DNA of 64,000 bases from Octopus vulgaris (GCA_951406725.2 OX597838.1:16244001-16308000); one strand, 5' to 3'; shown: positions 13,591-27,530, counted from the first letter of the stretch. A program made the numbers and translations. The notes: generated from the sequence alone by a model not told the origin.

Positions 13591-14073
13591 CATAGTACAC
13601 ATATTCTTTTTAATTGCAAAACATTTAAAATGCTGTGATATATATATATTGGAGCATCCTTCCACATCTCCTTCCCACCCATTCGAAACCATCCATTCAC
13701 ACAAACAAACACACACACACACACACATTCATTCTTCCATGCTCTACTTTCAACAATTGCTTCACATTCATTTCCCCCACCCCACACCAACATACACACA
13801 TCGCCACCTCTTCGTTACTATCAACATTCTTTAAGTCAGTGATCAATACCTACTTTGAATTCTGTAGTACTACAATAGCTCACAGAGACCAAAGCACTCA
13901 GAGATATTAGCATCACTTTGGTACATTCTGTACTCTTTAGTTTCTTTCTGTGTTAATCTCTTTTTCTCTTGGATTGTAACAATTGTCTACAGATTTCTGG
14001 TGTCTAAGAACCTGCACATAAGTACCTCTAAAAATCACTGATACAGAAAAATATAAAACACACATCAGCATTA

Positions 14074-14484
14074 CTCTTTTATCTCTTTCACTCTTTTACT
14101 TGTTTCAGTCATTTGACTGCGGCCATGCTGGAGCACCGCCTTTTAGTCGAGCAAATCGACCCCGGGACTTATTCTTTGCAAGCCCAGTACTTATTCTATC
14201 GGTCTCTTTTGCCGAATCGCTAAGTGACGGGGACGTAAACACACCAGCATCAGTTGTCAAGCAATGCTAGGGAGACAAACACAGACACACACATACATAC
14301 ATATATATATATACATATATACGACAGTCTTCTTTCAGTTTCCGTCTACCAAATCCACTCACAAGGCATTGGTCGGCCCGGGGCTATAGCAGAAGACACT
14401 TGCCCAAGATACCACGCAGTGGGACTGAACCCGGAACCATGTGGTTGGTTAGCAAGGTACTTACCACACAGCCACTCCTGCACC
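14074..14484 (-). mobile_element. SINE family A copy
   Basis: Nearly identical to the reverse complement of 42569-43002. Confidence 0.85.
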
Positions 14485-14789
14485 TGGCATGGCTGTGTGG
14501 TTAAGAAGCTTGCTTTGTAACCAAGTGGCTTCAGGATCAGTTCCCACGGCATGGACACCCTGGGTAAATGACCAGATGGAATTTGGAAAACAGAGACTGT
14601 GTGGAAGCAGGAGGTATTTGTTCCAGCTATTTACATTCCAAGTTCAAATCTTGCTAAGGGCAATTTTGCCGATCATCTTTTTCAAGTCAATAAAATAAAA
14701 TACCGGTCAAGGACTTGGGGTTATGACATCAACTAAACCATCCATATACATATCCATATCCAAAGCTTTGTCACTCCTGAAGGACGAAC

Positions 14790-15030
14790 CCCTCCCTAGA
14801 CTCCTTCCACTGCTATCTGTCTCTGGCCAATTGTTACCATGTAGGCCCCAGGTAAGATCAATCTCACCATCTTGTCTTTGGTCAGCCCCTTGACCTTATT
14901 GATTGTCTTGGTGTCCATTCCGTCATACTGACTGTCCACTTGTTGTCCTTCAATCACACAATATGGCCAGCCCATCTATACTTGTTCCCCTTGATGGCTC
15001 TTATAATGCCATTGACTCTCATGGGCTGCT
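14790..15030 (-). mobile_element. Degraded RTE LINE C-terminal fragment
   Basis: Minus-strand translation KYRWAGHIV*LKDNKWT..MTEWTPR...RSRG*PKTRW.....W*QLARDR*QW matches the RTE terminal motifs, with stop codons. Confidence 0.7.
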
Positions 15031-16854
15031 AAATCTAGGTGTTGAAATACATTAACTTTTGCTTGAATTGATTTTGAGAATTAAGAAGTATTTACTAAAA
15101 TATATCTGGAATTTGGAACATAAATTAACATAAATTAACATGAAATTTTGGTGGAAAGTTTTAATTTAGAACTCTTTAAAGCAGGAAGTGACAAGCTTCT
15201 ACATAGTTTCCATCAGTAAACCCACTTGCGAGAGAGTTTGCAATAGAAGCTGTGCAGAATAAATACTGGTTTCAAATGTTGGCAATTTCAGGGAAGTGGG
15301 TAAGTCGATTACATCGACCCCAGTGCTCAACTGGTACTTATTTTATCGACCCCAAAAGGATAAAAAGCAAAGTTGACGTTGGCAGACTTTGAACTCAGAA
15401 CGTGCAGATGGACAAAATATCACTAAACCTGGTGTGCTAAAGATTCTGCCAGCTCACCACCTTAATGTGTGGAATATATATTAATCAGTCCAATGGTACA
15501 ACAGAAGACACATGTCTAATGTGCTACCCAGTGAGATAAAACTGGAGACCACGTCGTATCAAAATGAACTCCTAACCCACATAAACCATGCTCAACAATT
15601 TTCAACGATGCTTCAAGGGTTAATTAAATAATTCATCATCCAGTAGTTAATTAAAATATTTTCAATCATTTCATCTTTTACTTGTTTCAGTTATGAGACA
15701 GCAGCCATGCTGGGGCACTGTCTTGAAGAACTTTTAGTCAGATGAATTGACCCCCAGAATTTTTCTTTTAATCCAGGTACTTATTCTATCGGTTCCTTTT
15801 TGCCAAACCACTAAGTTACAAGGACATGAAGACATAACACCAGTTGTCAAGTGGTGTGAGGAGCAAACACACACACAAAGATATATATGATGGGCTTCTT
15901 TCAGTTTCCTTCAACCAAATCCACTCACAAGGCTTTGGTCAACCCGAGGCTACAGTGAAAGACACTTGCCCAACGTGCCATGCAGTGGGACTGAACCCAG
16001 AACCATGTTCTTGGGAAGCAAACATCTTACTACACAACCACATTTGCACCTATGGTAATTAAATATGGTAATTATAATTAAAATAATTACCAGCAATATA
16101 GTGGAATCAATTTAAATGATTACACACACTATCTGCTCAACAAAATAAAACATAAATAAATTAAATGTGGTACCTAATCAGTTTTGAATCTGACTGGTTT
16201 GGTTGTTGCTGTTTCAGTATCCCAGACTCAAGATAAACAAAGCAACAATGTGTTTGGTTGATGGCACAGACAATAGGAATAAAAGCATATAGAAGAATCA
16301 GGATCGAATGTATTGACTTGCTGCACAATAGCAACCCACCAAAGACCAATCCTAATTCTATGATACAAACATCCTGCTATAAAATGTGCTAAATTTTAAA
16401 TGTGCTAAACCTTCCATCAAAATTTTATGCTAATTTATGTTCCAGACACCAGCTTAATAATCACAAATTTTACTCAATTCTTCATTATTTTCAAAGCAGT
16501 GTATTGCAACACAAATAAAGTAATGAAAATATTAAAGTGATCCGCATTAAAGCCACTCAACCAAATTTCATATGTTACTCTATGTTCCAAACACCGGCTT
16601 AATAGTGACAAATTTTACTAAATTCTTCAAAGCAGTGTATTGCAACACAAATAAGGTCACAAGAGTATTAAAGTGATCTACATTAAAGCCACTCAAACCA
16701 AATTTCATGTTAATTTATGTTCCGAATGCCAGCTTAATAGTGACAAAATTATTTTACTGAATTTTTCATTATTTTCAAAATTAATTGAAATAAAAGCAGT
16801 ACATTGCATTAGAATTATGATAACAAAAGGATTAATACAGACACATTCAAGTCT

Positions 16855-17080
16855 TTGACACACAGACATACTGACTCTTCTCTTTGTCTTTTCTATAACT
16901 CCAGCAATGGCCTCCGTTCCTCAGAGCTGGCCAGTTTTGTATCCCCTACATTCAAACACTTCAACCCATCAATCTTATCACCCTTCCTCAGTCCAGCACA
17001 CTCAGGCCCCTCATTAACCATTACATCCAGTCTTTCTGTCCCAAAGCATATGCTTGTCCGTGGAAGCTTACTGTAACCTG
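16855..17080 (+). mobile_element. Degraded CR1/L2-group LINE C-terminal fragment
   Basis: HR..SSLCLFY...NGL.SSELAS.V.P resembles the post-RT region of CR1/L2-group elements. Confidence 0.45.
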
Positions 17081-17333
17081 TAAGAATTTTAAACTATTTT
17101 GTCTTGCTGTAAGCTTTCAAAAGACGACACACTTTCCTGAATTTTCTACCATAATTCAGCGAAGGAGTTCGGAAATGCTTTCTCCTTTGCATGTGAGTAT
17201 GTGGGTGCATGTGTGTATGTGTGTGTGTGAGTATATGCTGGAGTGTGTATATGTGAGCATGTGGGTGAATGAATCCATGTATGTGCACACATATGTATGC
17301 GTATGAAAATGAGCGAGAAAAGAGTGTATATTT

Positions 17334-17842
17334 ATGTGTAAGAGACAGAAAGAGACAGAGTGTGACTGTATGTGACACACAAAAAGAGAGTGATGATGTG
17401 TGTATGTATATGTGTGTGTGAGAGTAACTGTATGTTTGTATGTGTGTGTGTGAGAGATAGAGATAGAGACAGAGATGAGAGTATAAGTGTAAGATAGTGA
17501 TTGTGTGTGTAAATGCATGTGGGAGTGAGGTGAGTATATATATGAGTGTGAGAGAATGACTGAGTGTGTATGACATGAGAAAAGAGTGTGTGTATGTGTA
17601 AGAGACAGAAAGAGACAGAGTGTGACTGTAATTGACACACACAAAGAGAGAGTGATGATGTGTGTATGTATGTGTGTGTGTGAGAGTAACTGTATGTTTG
17701 TATGTGTGTGTGTGAGAGATAGAGATAGGGACAGAGATGAGAGTGTAAGTGTAAGATAGTGACTGTGTGTGTAAATGCATGTGGGAGTGAAGTGAGTATA
17801 TATGTGAGTGTGAGAGAACGACTGAGTGTGTATGACATGAGA
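17334..17842. repeat. Tandem duplication of a ~260-bp TG/AG-rich unit (2 copies)
   Basis: ATGTGTAAGAGACAGAAAGAGACAGAGTGTGACTGTA recurs at ~17334 and ~17594, with near-identical following sequence. Confidence 0.85.
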
Positions 17843-17985
17843 AGTATACGCAAGAGAGAGAGAGAGAGAGAGACACTGAATGTATAAGCCTGTATAGAAA
17901 GCTCAGAGAGAAACTGCGTGATAGCATTCAACAAGAAATCAATAATTCTCTCTAGTATAAAAATACAACAAAATTCACTGACAGT

Positions 17986-18019
<34 letters not shown>

Positions 18020-18399
18020 GCTGTTGCTGCTGCTGCTATTACTATTACCACTACTACTGTTACTGGTACTATATTTGCTGCTGATGCTATTGTGGTCTTA
18101 GCTGTGGCTGTTGCTGCTGTTATTGTTAGCTTATGGCAGCTGGAAAAGTACCAATGGTTGTATCATGTGAGGAACAAGTACGAAGAAGGAAGAGAGAGGA
18201 AGGGAGAGAGAGAGGAAGGAGAGGAATAAATGTAAAAGAGAGAATGTAGGGAAAGATATGGAAATGGTATAGAAAATGTGAGAGAGAGAAAGAGAGGAAG
18301 GAGTTGGAAAAAAAGAGCAAAGGAGAGAGTGAAGGAGGAAAAGCAAAGAGACGTGGAAAAGGAAAGAGAGTAGAATGGGGAAAAAAGAGAAGAGTAAGA

Positions 18400-19120
18400 A
18401 AAGCAAAGAGAGGAGAGCAAAGAGAGGAGGGCAAAGAGGTGAAGAAAAGGGGTAAAGAGAGAGCAACAAGAGAGGAGCAAGAGAGGGCAACGAGAGGGGA
18501 CAACAAGAGGGGCAACGAGAGGGCAACAAGAGGGACGAAGAGGGGACAAAGAGGAGAGCAAGGGAAGGCAAAAAGATGAGAGCAAGAGAAGGCAAAGAGA
18601 AGAGAGCAAGAGAAGGCAAAGAGAAGAGAGCAAGAGAAGGCAAAGAGAGGAGAGCAAGTGTGGTAACGAGAAGAGCGTAAGAGGGGTAAAGAGAGGAGAG
18701 CAAGAGGGGGTAAAGAGAGGAGAGCAAGTGGGGTAAAGAAAGGAGAGCAAGTGGGGTAAAGAGAGGAGAGCAAGTGGGGTAACGAGAGGAGAGCAAGTGG
18801 GGTAACGAGAGGAGAGTAAGAGGGGTAAAGAGAGGAGAGCAAGTGGGGTAACGAGAGGAGAGCAAGTGGGGTAACGAGAGGAGAGTAAGAGGGGTAAAAA
18901 GAGGAGAGCAAGAGGGGTAAAGAGAGGAGAGCAAGTATGGTAACGAGAGGAGAGTAAGAGGGGTAAAGAGAGGAGAGCAAGAGGGGTAAAGAGAGGAGAG
19001 CAAGAGGGTAAAGAGAGGAGAGCAAGAGGAGTAAAGAGAGGAGAGCAAGAGGAGTAAAGAGAGGAGAGCAAGAGGGGGTAAAGAGAGGAGAGCAAAAGAA
19101 GGCAAAGAGAGGAGAGCATC
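18400..19120. repeat. Purine-rich ~23-bp minisatellite (GAGAGGAGAGCAAGAGGGGTAAA)n
   Basis: Direct reading. It produces the spurious L/S/P-rich ORFs at 18126-19125. Confidence 0.9.
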
Positions 19121-19949
19121 CACAATGCTAGTGTTCTAGATACATGCTTATAAAAGATATTCTAACATATTTGGATTTAAATATCTAATTCAAGTTTTGA
19201 TCAACATTCCAGCTGTAATCAGCAGGTTTTTGTATGCATATCGTCTTCAGATTAAAGACTTCAAACATGTCTCTATCTTAACCGTTTAACATTCAGATTA
19301 CTCTGTCAAATGTAATGCTGATGTATTCACATCATTTTAAATTAATCGTGCATTATTTCATAGCTTTGGAATTTCGATGATTGTGATTGTTTATTTTTAA
19401 AATGACAATGTAGGGTAGGTGTGAAAGGCCAGATCTGACCGGCTTGCAGATAAAACAGGTAGAATATTTTGGCTGGACTTTGCTGGTTTAAATGTCAAAG
19501 GGTTAAAGATTTCTAAGTCCTGGAGAAGACATCAAATTGCATCTGGTGGTGAGATCAAACTCAGGAGTTGAAAAGAGGTTTTCGAGAGTAAAGAGTTATC
19601 CTTCAGTCTACACTCCATCCAAGTCTACTCTGGTTCAGGGGCTGTAATACTTATTAAGGACTCCAGTTATGAGTCAAAGAACAGCAGACATTCCTCTGGC
19701 TAAAGCATAAAAGACTTGGAGGAGGGCTGGCTGCTAGACATTTGTCACACAGGCCTGCTGGTGTGTGAATGTACTTTTATACCATACATGGACCAGTATC
19801 CCTTTTAAGGTTTAAGTAGACCCTATACTTCATGACACCAACAAAGGATACACAACTAGAAGGACTGGAACTGGATCAACTACTTCACTGTTTTAGTTCC
19901 AAATCCAAAGAATGAACATGTATATATCTGAGATATATATATATATATA

Positions 19950-20001
<52 letters not shown>

Positions 20002-21068
20002 CTATGATTACAGAGAAAGAGAAAAAGGAAGAATGAAAAAAAAAGAGAAAGTGAAACAGAGAAAGAATGAGAGAAAGAAAAAGGGAGGAATGAAAAGAAA
20101 ATGAAATGAAGGAAAGAGGTGAAGTAAAAATTAGGAAAAGTAAAAGAAAGGAAAACAAAGAAGAAAAAGAAAAAGTGAAAGAGAACAAAGTAGAAGAAAT
20201 GGTAATAGAAAAAAAGGAAGAAAAGAAAGAAGAGAGGAAAAATAAAATGAGAGAAAAATAATTTTTTTCTTGAGAGAAAAACAAAGAGTGAATGAGAAAT
20301 TATAATTACAAACAAAAGAAACTAGTATGAATTAATTAACTAATTAGTCTTTATGCCTAATGAATTAGTTATATTAATAATGTAGAATATATTTACATGG
20401 CTGACCTGTAGGTGGGAGGGAAATGAAGATTGAACTAATTAACACTAATTTAAAGATAGGAAGACCAAATCCCATACAGCCAGTGGGGGCAAGAGAAACT
20501 TTTCTCATCTTTTACGTTTTACTTCTTTCAGTCACTGGACTGTGGCCATGCTGGGACAACACCTTAAAGGATTTAGTCAAACAAATCAGCCCCAGTTCAT
20601 TTTGCTTTTATTTTTTTAAAGAGTGGCACTTACGCTACTGGTTTCTTTTGCTGAAGTAAGTTACAAGGACATAAACAAACCAACACCGGTTGTCAAGCCG
20701 GTGGGAGGCAGGCCAAACACACACACATACATATGTGACAAGATTCTGCACAGTTTCCATCGGTTACCCCTCTCACACAGCATTGGTCAGCCTGGGGCAA
20801 AAGTAGAAGACACTTTCCTAAGGTGCTGTGCACAGGGACTGAACTTGAAGCCATGTGGCTGCAAAGTGAGCTTCTTAACCATACACCAATGCCTGCATGT
20901 AATTTGTAGGGTCTTTTATATTATGCCAATATCAGAAAGAAATCGTGGTAACTAATGCTCCACTTGATTCTTTCCCATTAAACTGTTTAAAACAACTTCA
21001 ACAACAAACAGTGATGTGTATAAAATTCTCAGAGAAAGAGAATGCAGCAACAACTATACAAAACTTAC

Positions 21069-21134
21069 CTCCACGGAGTACATCTGTTCGGCAGTTTTAT
21101 TGTCTTTGATCCGGTCAAATAAATCCTGACACAA
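21069..21134 (-). CDS. unc-104: Kinesin-3 coding exon 4, LCQDLFDRIKDNKTAEQMYSVE
   Basis: TATTCCAG acceptor and GTAAGT donor. 66 nt, in frame. Resembles the KIF1A segment LCEDLFSRI...YSVE. Confidence 0.95.
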
Positions 21135-22252
21135 CTGGAATATACATAAGAAAGAACAACGGTGAGGATTAAATGGCAGAACTAAACAAAATGAAAATTT
21201 TTCGTCTGGATGATTAAGAGAGAACATGGTTTTTAGCATACAAGCTAACAATGTGGTTTATTAACTGAACAGTATTTACTTGTGAACTTTCATGCTCTGG
21301 ATTCAAATCCTGCTGAGGTTGTCTTTCACTTATATTCTTCATGATTCAATAATTACCAATTAAGTATACTGAGACTAACCTAATCAACTACCTTCGTCCC
21401 CTGCACTTTTGAGGCCTTTAAGATATCAATGATACAATGCTTTTGGCCCTTAAAGCAACAAGTAGATCCAACTTATTAACAGAGAGAGAGGCTGAACTAT
21501 TTCCCAGGGATGGTTCTAAATTACATATGGTAGTGGTGCCCTGGTTCAGGAATTCTAGGATGTTGATGCAATGTGGGGACCACCTCTTAACCACTATCCT
21601 TCTTAGGACTACTGTAGCCTGGAGTAGTAACATCTGTCAGGCTCTCAGCTACGGGTTTTTTTAGTATATTATGGAAGAAGTTTTAATCCCAAATGCTCAC
21701 CACCTTGTGAGTATCTTGAGTAAGGAAAAAACTAGGGAAGTCAACTGTGACAAACTAAGGAGTGGGGTCTTTCAGGCAGTTTGGTGCCCTCTTTGATACC
21801 CTTCCAGCAACGCCAGGGTTGGTGGGGGCTCTCCCACCCTGTGAGACAATTCACCTAGGGGAAGGCTACACCAATGTAAAATCCTATATCTTGCTGGTCA
21901 CTCCAGCCATCTTGGCCCACTGTGCCACTATGGTCAGACCTTTAAGTCAAAAGAGAGGAATCAGATTGCATAGAGTGACTCTCCCTTTAAAAGGAGAAGG
22001 GGTAAAAAGACAGGTAGTGGATGGTATTGGTAGTCACAGCCTCAATTCTACATGATGTTCACACACAAAGAACTGCCATCACCAGATTGAGCCAATAAGA
22101 GATAATTATCTTGGCTGGCACAAGAACACAGTACAATACTGAAAATACAATAGAGACCTTTGATCTTTCAATTGATATACTGACCCTTAACTCAATTGAC
22201 ATTTGCTGCTGCCCTATGAAATAGTTAGCCACACAAAGTACTCAAAGTAATC

Positions 22253-22284
<32 letters not shown>

Positions 22285-22311
22285 ATGAGCAAAATATTTG
22301 TGTCCTTATGA

Positions 22312-22360
<49 letters not shown>

Positions 22361-23191
22361 CAATTTATAATGAATAGTAGTTAGTGATTATAGTTTGCCA
22401 ACAGACCAATCTCTAGTCAATTCAATTTCTGACAGCTACACTGCCAAGGGGAGTGTTGGTAACTTGGCACTGAACAAATAGTGTAAGAGACTTTGCACAA
22501 TGAATATTAGCTTTCCGATTCATTTTTCTAACTGATGTTTATATGCTTCACTGATATACACCAGTAAAAGATACACGCACACAACAAGCAGTGCGAGAAC
22601 TCGATATCCATGAAAGAGTGAAGATGTTTCTTACATGAAACCAATGGTAGCCTAAATATCTATGGTTGTGTTATGCTTACAATTATATATATATATATAT
22701 ATATATATTAATGAATAAATAAAACATATGCATATATACATACAAATATGTACGCACCTACCTCTACATGTATATATACATGCATATATGGGTACAGGAC
22801 ATACAATACAAGGAAAATTTCCCTTCTTCAGTCGCTTTTGTTTCATCTACTCCACGTTTCGAAGGCCACACACACACACACATATATATATAAACACAGT
22901 CAGGTTATACAAACACGTATATATGGACACATACACACACACAATCTTTCCAGATAGTTTAAGTAAACATTGTATCGATGTGTGTGCATATGGATATGAG
23001 TTTATGAGTGAGAAAATAAAAAAGTGTGTGTATGTGTGTGTAGGTGAATGTCAGAGGGAAAATGTATGAGAAAAGTTATGTATATGTAAGAATATGTGTA
23101 TATGGGAGAGAGAGATAGTGTGTGAGTGTGTGTGCATGCTCGCTAATTTGGAAAAGATGAGGAAGGGTGAGTAAATAAAGTAGCTTCTTAC

Positions 23192-23371
23192 CAGTGGGAT
23201 TATCCCACGTTGGCTGTCTTCATTCTTTCCCATCATGGTGTAGCTTTTCCCTGCACCAGTCTGTCCATATGCAAATATACAGACATTGTATCCTTCAAAA
23301 GCATGTTCCAACATCTCCAGGCCGATGTCTTCATACACTTTTGTCTGGGACGAAAATTCAGGATCAGAAGG
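23192..23371 (-). CDS. unc-104: Kinesin-3 coding exon 3 with P-loop, [60 protein letters not shown]
   Basis: TTCTTTCAG acceptor and GTAAGA donor. 180 nt, phase 0-0. Contains Walker A motif GQTGAGKS. Confidence 0.97.
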
Positions 23372-23435
23372 CTGAAAGAAAGAAAAATTAAAGATATATA
23401 TATATATATATATATATTTATGTGTGCGTGCATTA

Positions 23436-23582
23436 AGGCTACCATTGGTTTCAGGTTAAGAAAAGTATGAAAATATCCTAGTGTCTTAACAATTTTTCAA
23501 TCCAATAACATGGAGGCTTGAAAAATTGTTAAGACACTTGGAAATTTTCCTACTTTTCTTAACATGAAACCAATGGTAGCTT
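23436..23582. repeat. Fold-back inverted repeat with 65-bp arms and 17-nt loop
   Basis: Arms 23436-23500 and 23518-23582, 5 mismatches by manual alignment. Confidence 0.95.
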
Positions 23583-23769
23583 TACTTCACAAATAAAGAA
23601 ATTATATCTACCAATGCAGCGTTAAACACTCCTTTTCATCATTCAACATTTACATATATATATATATAAGCAATAATTATAATGACAGAGAATATGGAGA
23701 GAGGTACATCCTCAAAATTTATTTATTTTTATTTTACAATGTCGTACAGCATATTTTTATGGTTATAAT

Positions 23770-23842
23770 GACCTACACGTGTTTCCACTGCACAGAGCGT
23801 ATACAACTGGATATAGTTTTCTGTGCAGCTTCATGCAGGATC
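23770..23842 (-). ncRNA. Hammerhead ribozyme motif with a 1-nt core insertion (probably inactive)
   Basis: Minus strand reads GATC-CTGCATGA-A-GCTGCACAGA...TCTGTGCAGT-G-GAAA-CACGTG-TA-GGTC. All helices are present, but the core is CUGCAUGA rather than CUGAUGA. Confidence 0.7.
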
Positions 23843-23995
23843 TTTCAACCAGCTTGGATCAAAGCAAACTCAGTGTGAATGACAACTCCTAATAGTCATA
23901 GACTCTGAATACTAATCGATGCGGTTAGCTGAAACCTGGAACATAACTGAGGGTTATCGCGGTATTTGCCCAGAAATATATCACTCTAAGCACAC

Positions 23996-24027
<32 letters not shown>

Positions 24028-25913
24028 TTGCATGTGTGTAATGATGATGATGAACTCTCTTGTGAAAGACGATGTAGGAGTGTTCAGCTTTTTCCAAACA
24101 ACCTGCAAAGATGATTTGTTTATAGCAATCAAACGTCTGTGCTATACAAATGTCTGTGCTCTCCACCAAATCGGCGTTGCATGAAACGGTGTATCATGCA
24201 TCAGATGTCAAAGTGAAAGCAGAGCAACACAGGATGAAGTGTTTTGCTCAAGAACACAACACCACCTGGGCTCAGAATTGAAACAATGATCTTACGATCA
24301 TGTGTGCAACACGCTAACCACTAGGCCATACACCCTCATACATGTAAGGTGTACCATAATTCATGGCATCTGGTGGAGCATCACTGAAGATTTACCTTCG
24401 TTTAGTTAAAGACAGCAATCAAGGACTGTAATACAGCTTTCAGTCACTGAATTGCAACCATGCTGAGACACTGCCCTTAAGGGCTTACTTGATCAAATCA
24501 ACACAAGAAATTATTTTTTTAAAGTCTGTTATTTATTCTACCAGTTCCTTTTGCTGAACTGCTAAGTTATGTGGATGTAAACAAACTGACACCAGTTATC
24601 AAACAGTGGGGAGAACAAACAGAAAAACACATACACACTCATATACGATGGGCTTCCATAGAGTTTCCATCTATCAAATTCACTCACAAAGCATTGGTCA
24701 GTCCGGGGCTATAGTAGACGACACTTGCACAAGATGCTACGCAGTGGGACTGAACCCAGAGCCACAGGCTGCAAAGCCTTTAGTCAAACAAATTGACCCC
24801 AGGACTTATTCTTTGTAAGCTGAGACCTTATTCTATAGGGTCTTTTTTGCTGAACTGCCAAGTTACAGGGACATAAACATACCAACATCAGTTGTCAAGT
24901 GACAGTGGTGGGGGGGGACAAACACTGACACACAAACATATATATATATATATATATACATCTGTATGACTGGCTTGTTTCAGTTTCTGTCCACCAAATC
25001 CACTCACAAGGCTTTGGTCAGCCCAAAGCTATAGGAGAAGTCACTTGCCCAAGGTGCCATGCAGTGGGACTGAACCTGGAACCATGTGGTGGGTTAACAA
25101 GCTACTTACCACATAGCTGATAGAAAAGTTAGGACGCTGGGCAAAATGCTTAGCGGTATTTTGTCTGGGCTACATTCTGAGTTCAAATTCCGCCGAGGTC
25201 GTCTTTGCCTTTCATTCTTTCAGGGTCGATTAAATAAGTACCAGTTACACACTGGGGTCAATATAATCGACTTAATCCGTTTGTCTGTCCTTGTTTGTAC
25301 CCCATGTGTGTAGCCCTTTGTGGGTAGTAAAGAAATAAATATTGGTGGGGGGGTATCAAATTTTGCCCACAAGGTATTGCTTAGCCCAAGGTAACAGCAG
25401 AAGACTCTTAACTCTAACTTTCTTACATTGGGCTTCAATGCTTGACCACATGGCTGAGAAGTAAACTTCTTAATCAAACAACCATGCCTGCACCTATAAT
25501 TAATATTACATATATTAAATATATTAATCTAATTTTATTCTGTTCAGTACTTATCTATTGATCCAGATATACAAAAGAGAATAAGATAGGGGGGGAGACA
25601 TAGAGGTAGAATGAAAGAGAGAAAGAGGGAGGGACGATAACAGAAAGAGGGAGAGTGAGGAGAATAAGGAAGACAGAGGATGAAAAAAGTAGAGATAGAG
25701 AACGAGAGAGAAAGGGGAGAGAATAAAAAGGGGAGTGAGACGGGGAGGGTAAAAAAAAATAGCATTGTTGAAGGTGGATGGTTACAGCTAAATCAGGTCA
25801 AATTATAGCAGATTAACCGCCTATAATCTAATCTAGCTTTTATAGTTTTTAACAGATGTAGCACAGTACTCCACCACCTGTATACAGAGACACAACACAC
25901 AGAGGCGGTAGTG

Positions 25914-25954
<41 letters not shown>

Positions 25955-26421
25955 GACATAGAAATAGTTTGATGAAATTTTATTTAATGAGAAAATTCTA
26001 ATATCATGATGAATTGTTTTGTAACTCGCAAGCATGTAAATAATTTATATTATATTTAATGATAAATAAATATATGTGTATGTAAATATATATATATATA
26101 TAGATATACATATATACATAAATTTATATATATATATATATATATACACATATATATAAATTTATATACATATATACATTTATTTAAATTATATATAAAA
26201 TATATACACATATGTATATAAATATATATATATATATATATATACATATATACATAAATTTATACATATATATATATACACATATATATAAATTTATATA
26301 CATATATACATTTATTTAAATTATATATAAAATATATACACATATGTATATAAATATATATATACATACATATATTTAAATTTATACATATGTAAATACA
26401 TATATTTAAATTTATATATAA

Positions 26422-26487
<66 letters not shown>

Positions 26488-26638
26488 TTACATATATATA
26501 TATATATAAATTTACATATATATATATATATAAATTTACATATATATATATATAAAAATTTACATATATATATATAAAAATTTACATTTATATATATAAA
26601 AATTTACATTTATATATATGTATTTAAATTTAGATATT

Positions 26639-26703
<65 letters not shown>

Positions 26704-27039
26704 ATATATACAAATGTAAATATATATAGATAATATATCAGAGACAGATGTAGGTCAATGGTTTCCATGCAGTAATTTAGTGAAACACTACCACATGACA
26801 ATTAAAATGCAAAGTATGTCACCATGCTTGACAGAGATCCATGCTGTGGCAACAGACAAGTCACACAACAGCACAGACACTTATCTATGATGTCATGTGT
26901 CACTGTCTGACAATGAATTATGTTACCTCATTATACAGCTACCTAGGCTGTGGACACAGACAGCTCATCACACTGACCTGTCAAACAGCAACCTGTTGTC
27001 CTGTCTAACAGAAATCTACACTAACTGTCAAGCAGCAAT

Positions 27040-27530
27040 CCACAGTCCCATCAAACAGTATTCCACACTGTCCTGTCAAACAGTAATCCACACTGTCCTG
27101 TCAAACAGTAATCCACACTGTCCTGTCACACAGTAGTCCACACTGTCCTGTCACACAGTAGTCCACACTGTCCTGTCAAACAGTAATCCACTGTCCTGTC
27201 AAACAGTAATCCACACTGTCCTGTCAAACAGTAATCCACTGTCCTGTCAAACAGTAATCCACACTGTCCTGTCAAACAGTAGTCCACACTGTCCTGTCAA
27301 AGTAGTCCACACTGTCCTGTCAATAATCCACTGTCCTGTCAAACAGTAATCCACACTGTCCTGTCAAACAGTAATCCACTGTCCTGTCAAACAGTAATCC
27401 ACACTGTCCTGTCAAACAGTAGTCCACACTGTCCTGTCAAAGAATATTCTGCAGGGCTCTGTCAAACAGCAATCTGCAGGGCTCTGTCAAACAACAATCT
27501 GCTGGGCTCTGTCAAACAGCAATCCACACT
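27040..27530. repeat. 25-bp minisatellite (CTGTCAAACAGTAATCCACACTGTC)n with 23-bp variants
   Basis: Direct reading. Confidence 0.95.

Noticed and set aside
12889-13799. Multiple YI/HT/CV-rich ORFs
   Set aside because: Translations of dinucleotide microsatellites.
18126-19125. Three ORFs of 299-330 aa
   Set aside because: All three frames are open across a 23-bp pyrimidine minisatellite, so this is an artefact.
21500-22080. GC-richer segment resembling a LINE 5' region
   Set aside because: Too degraded to assign a family or boundaries by eye.
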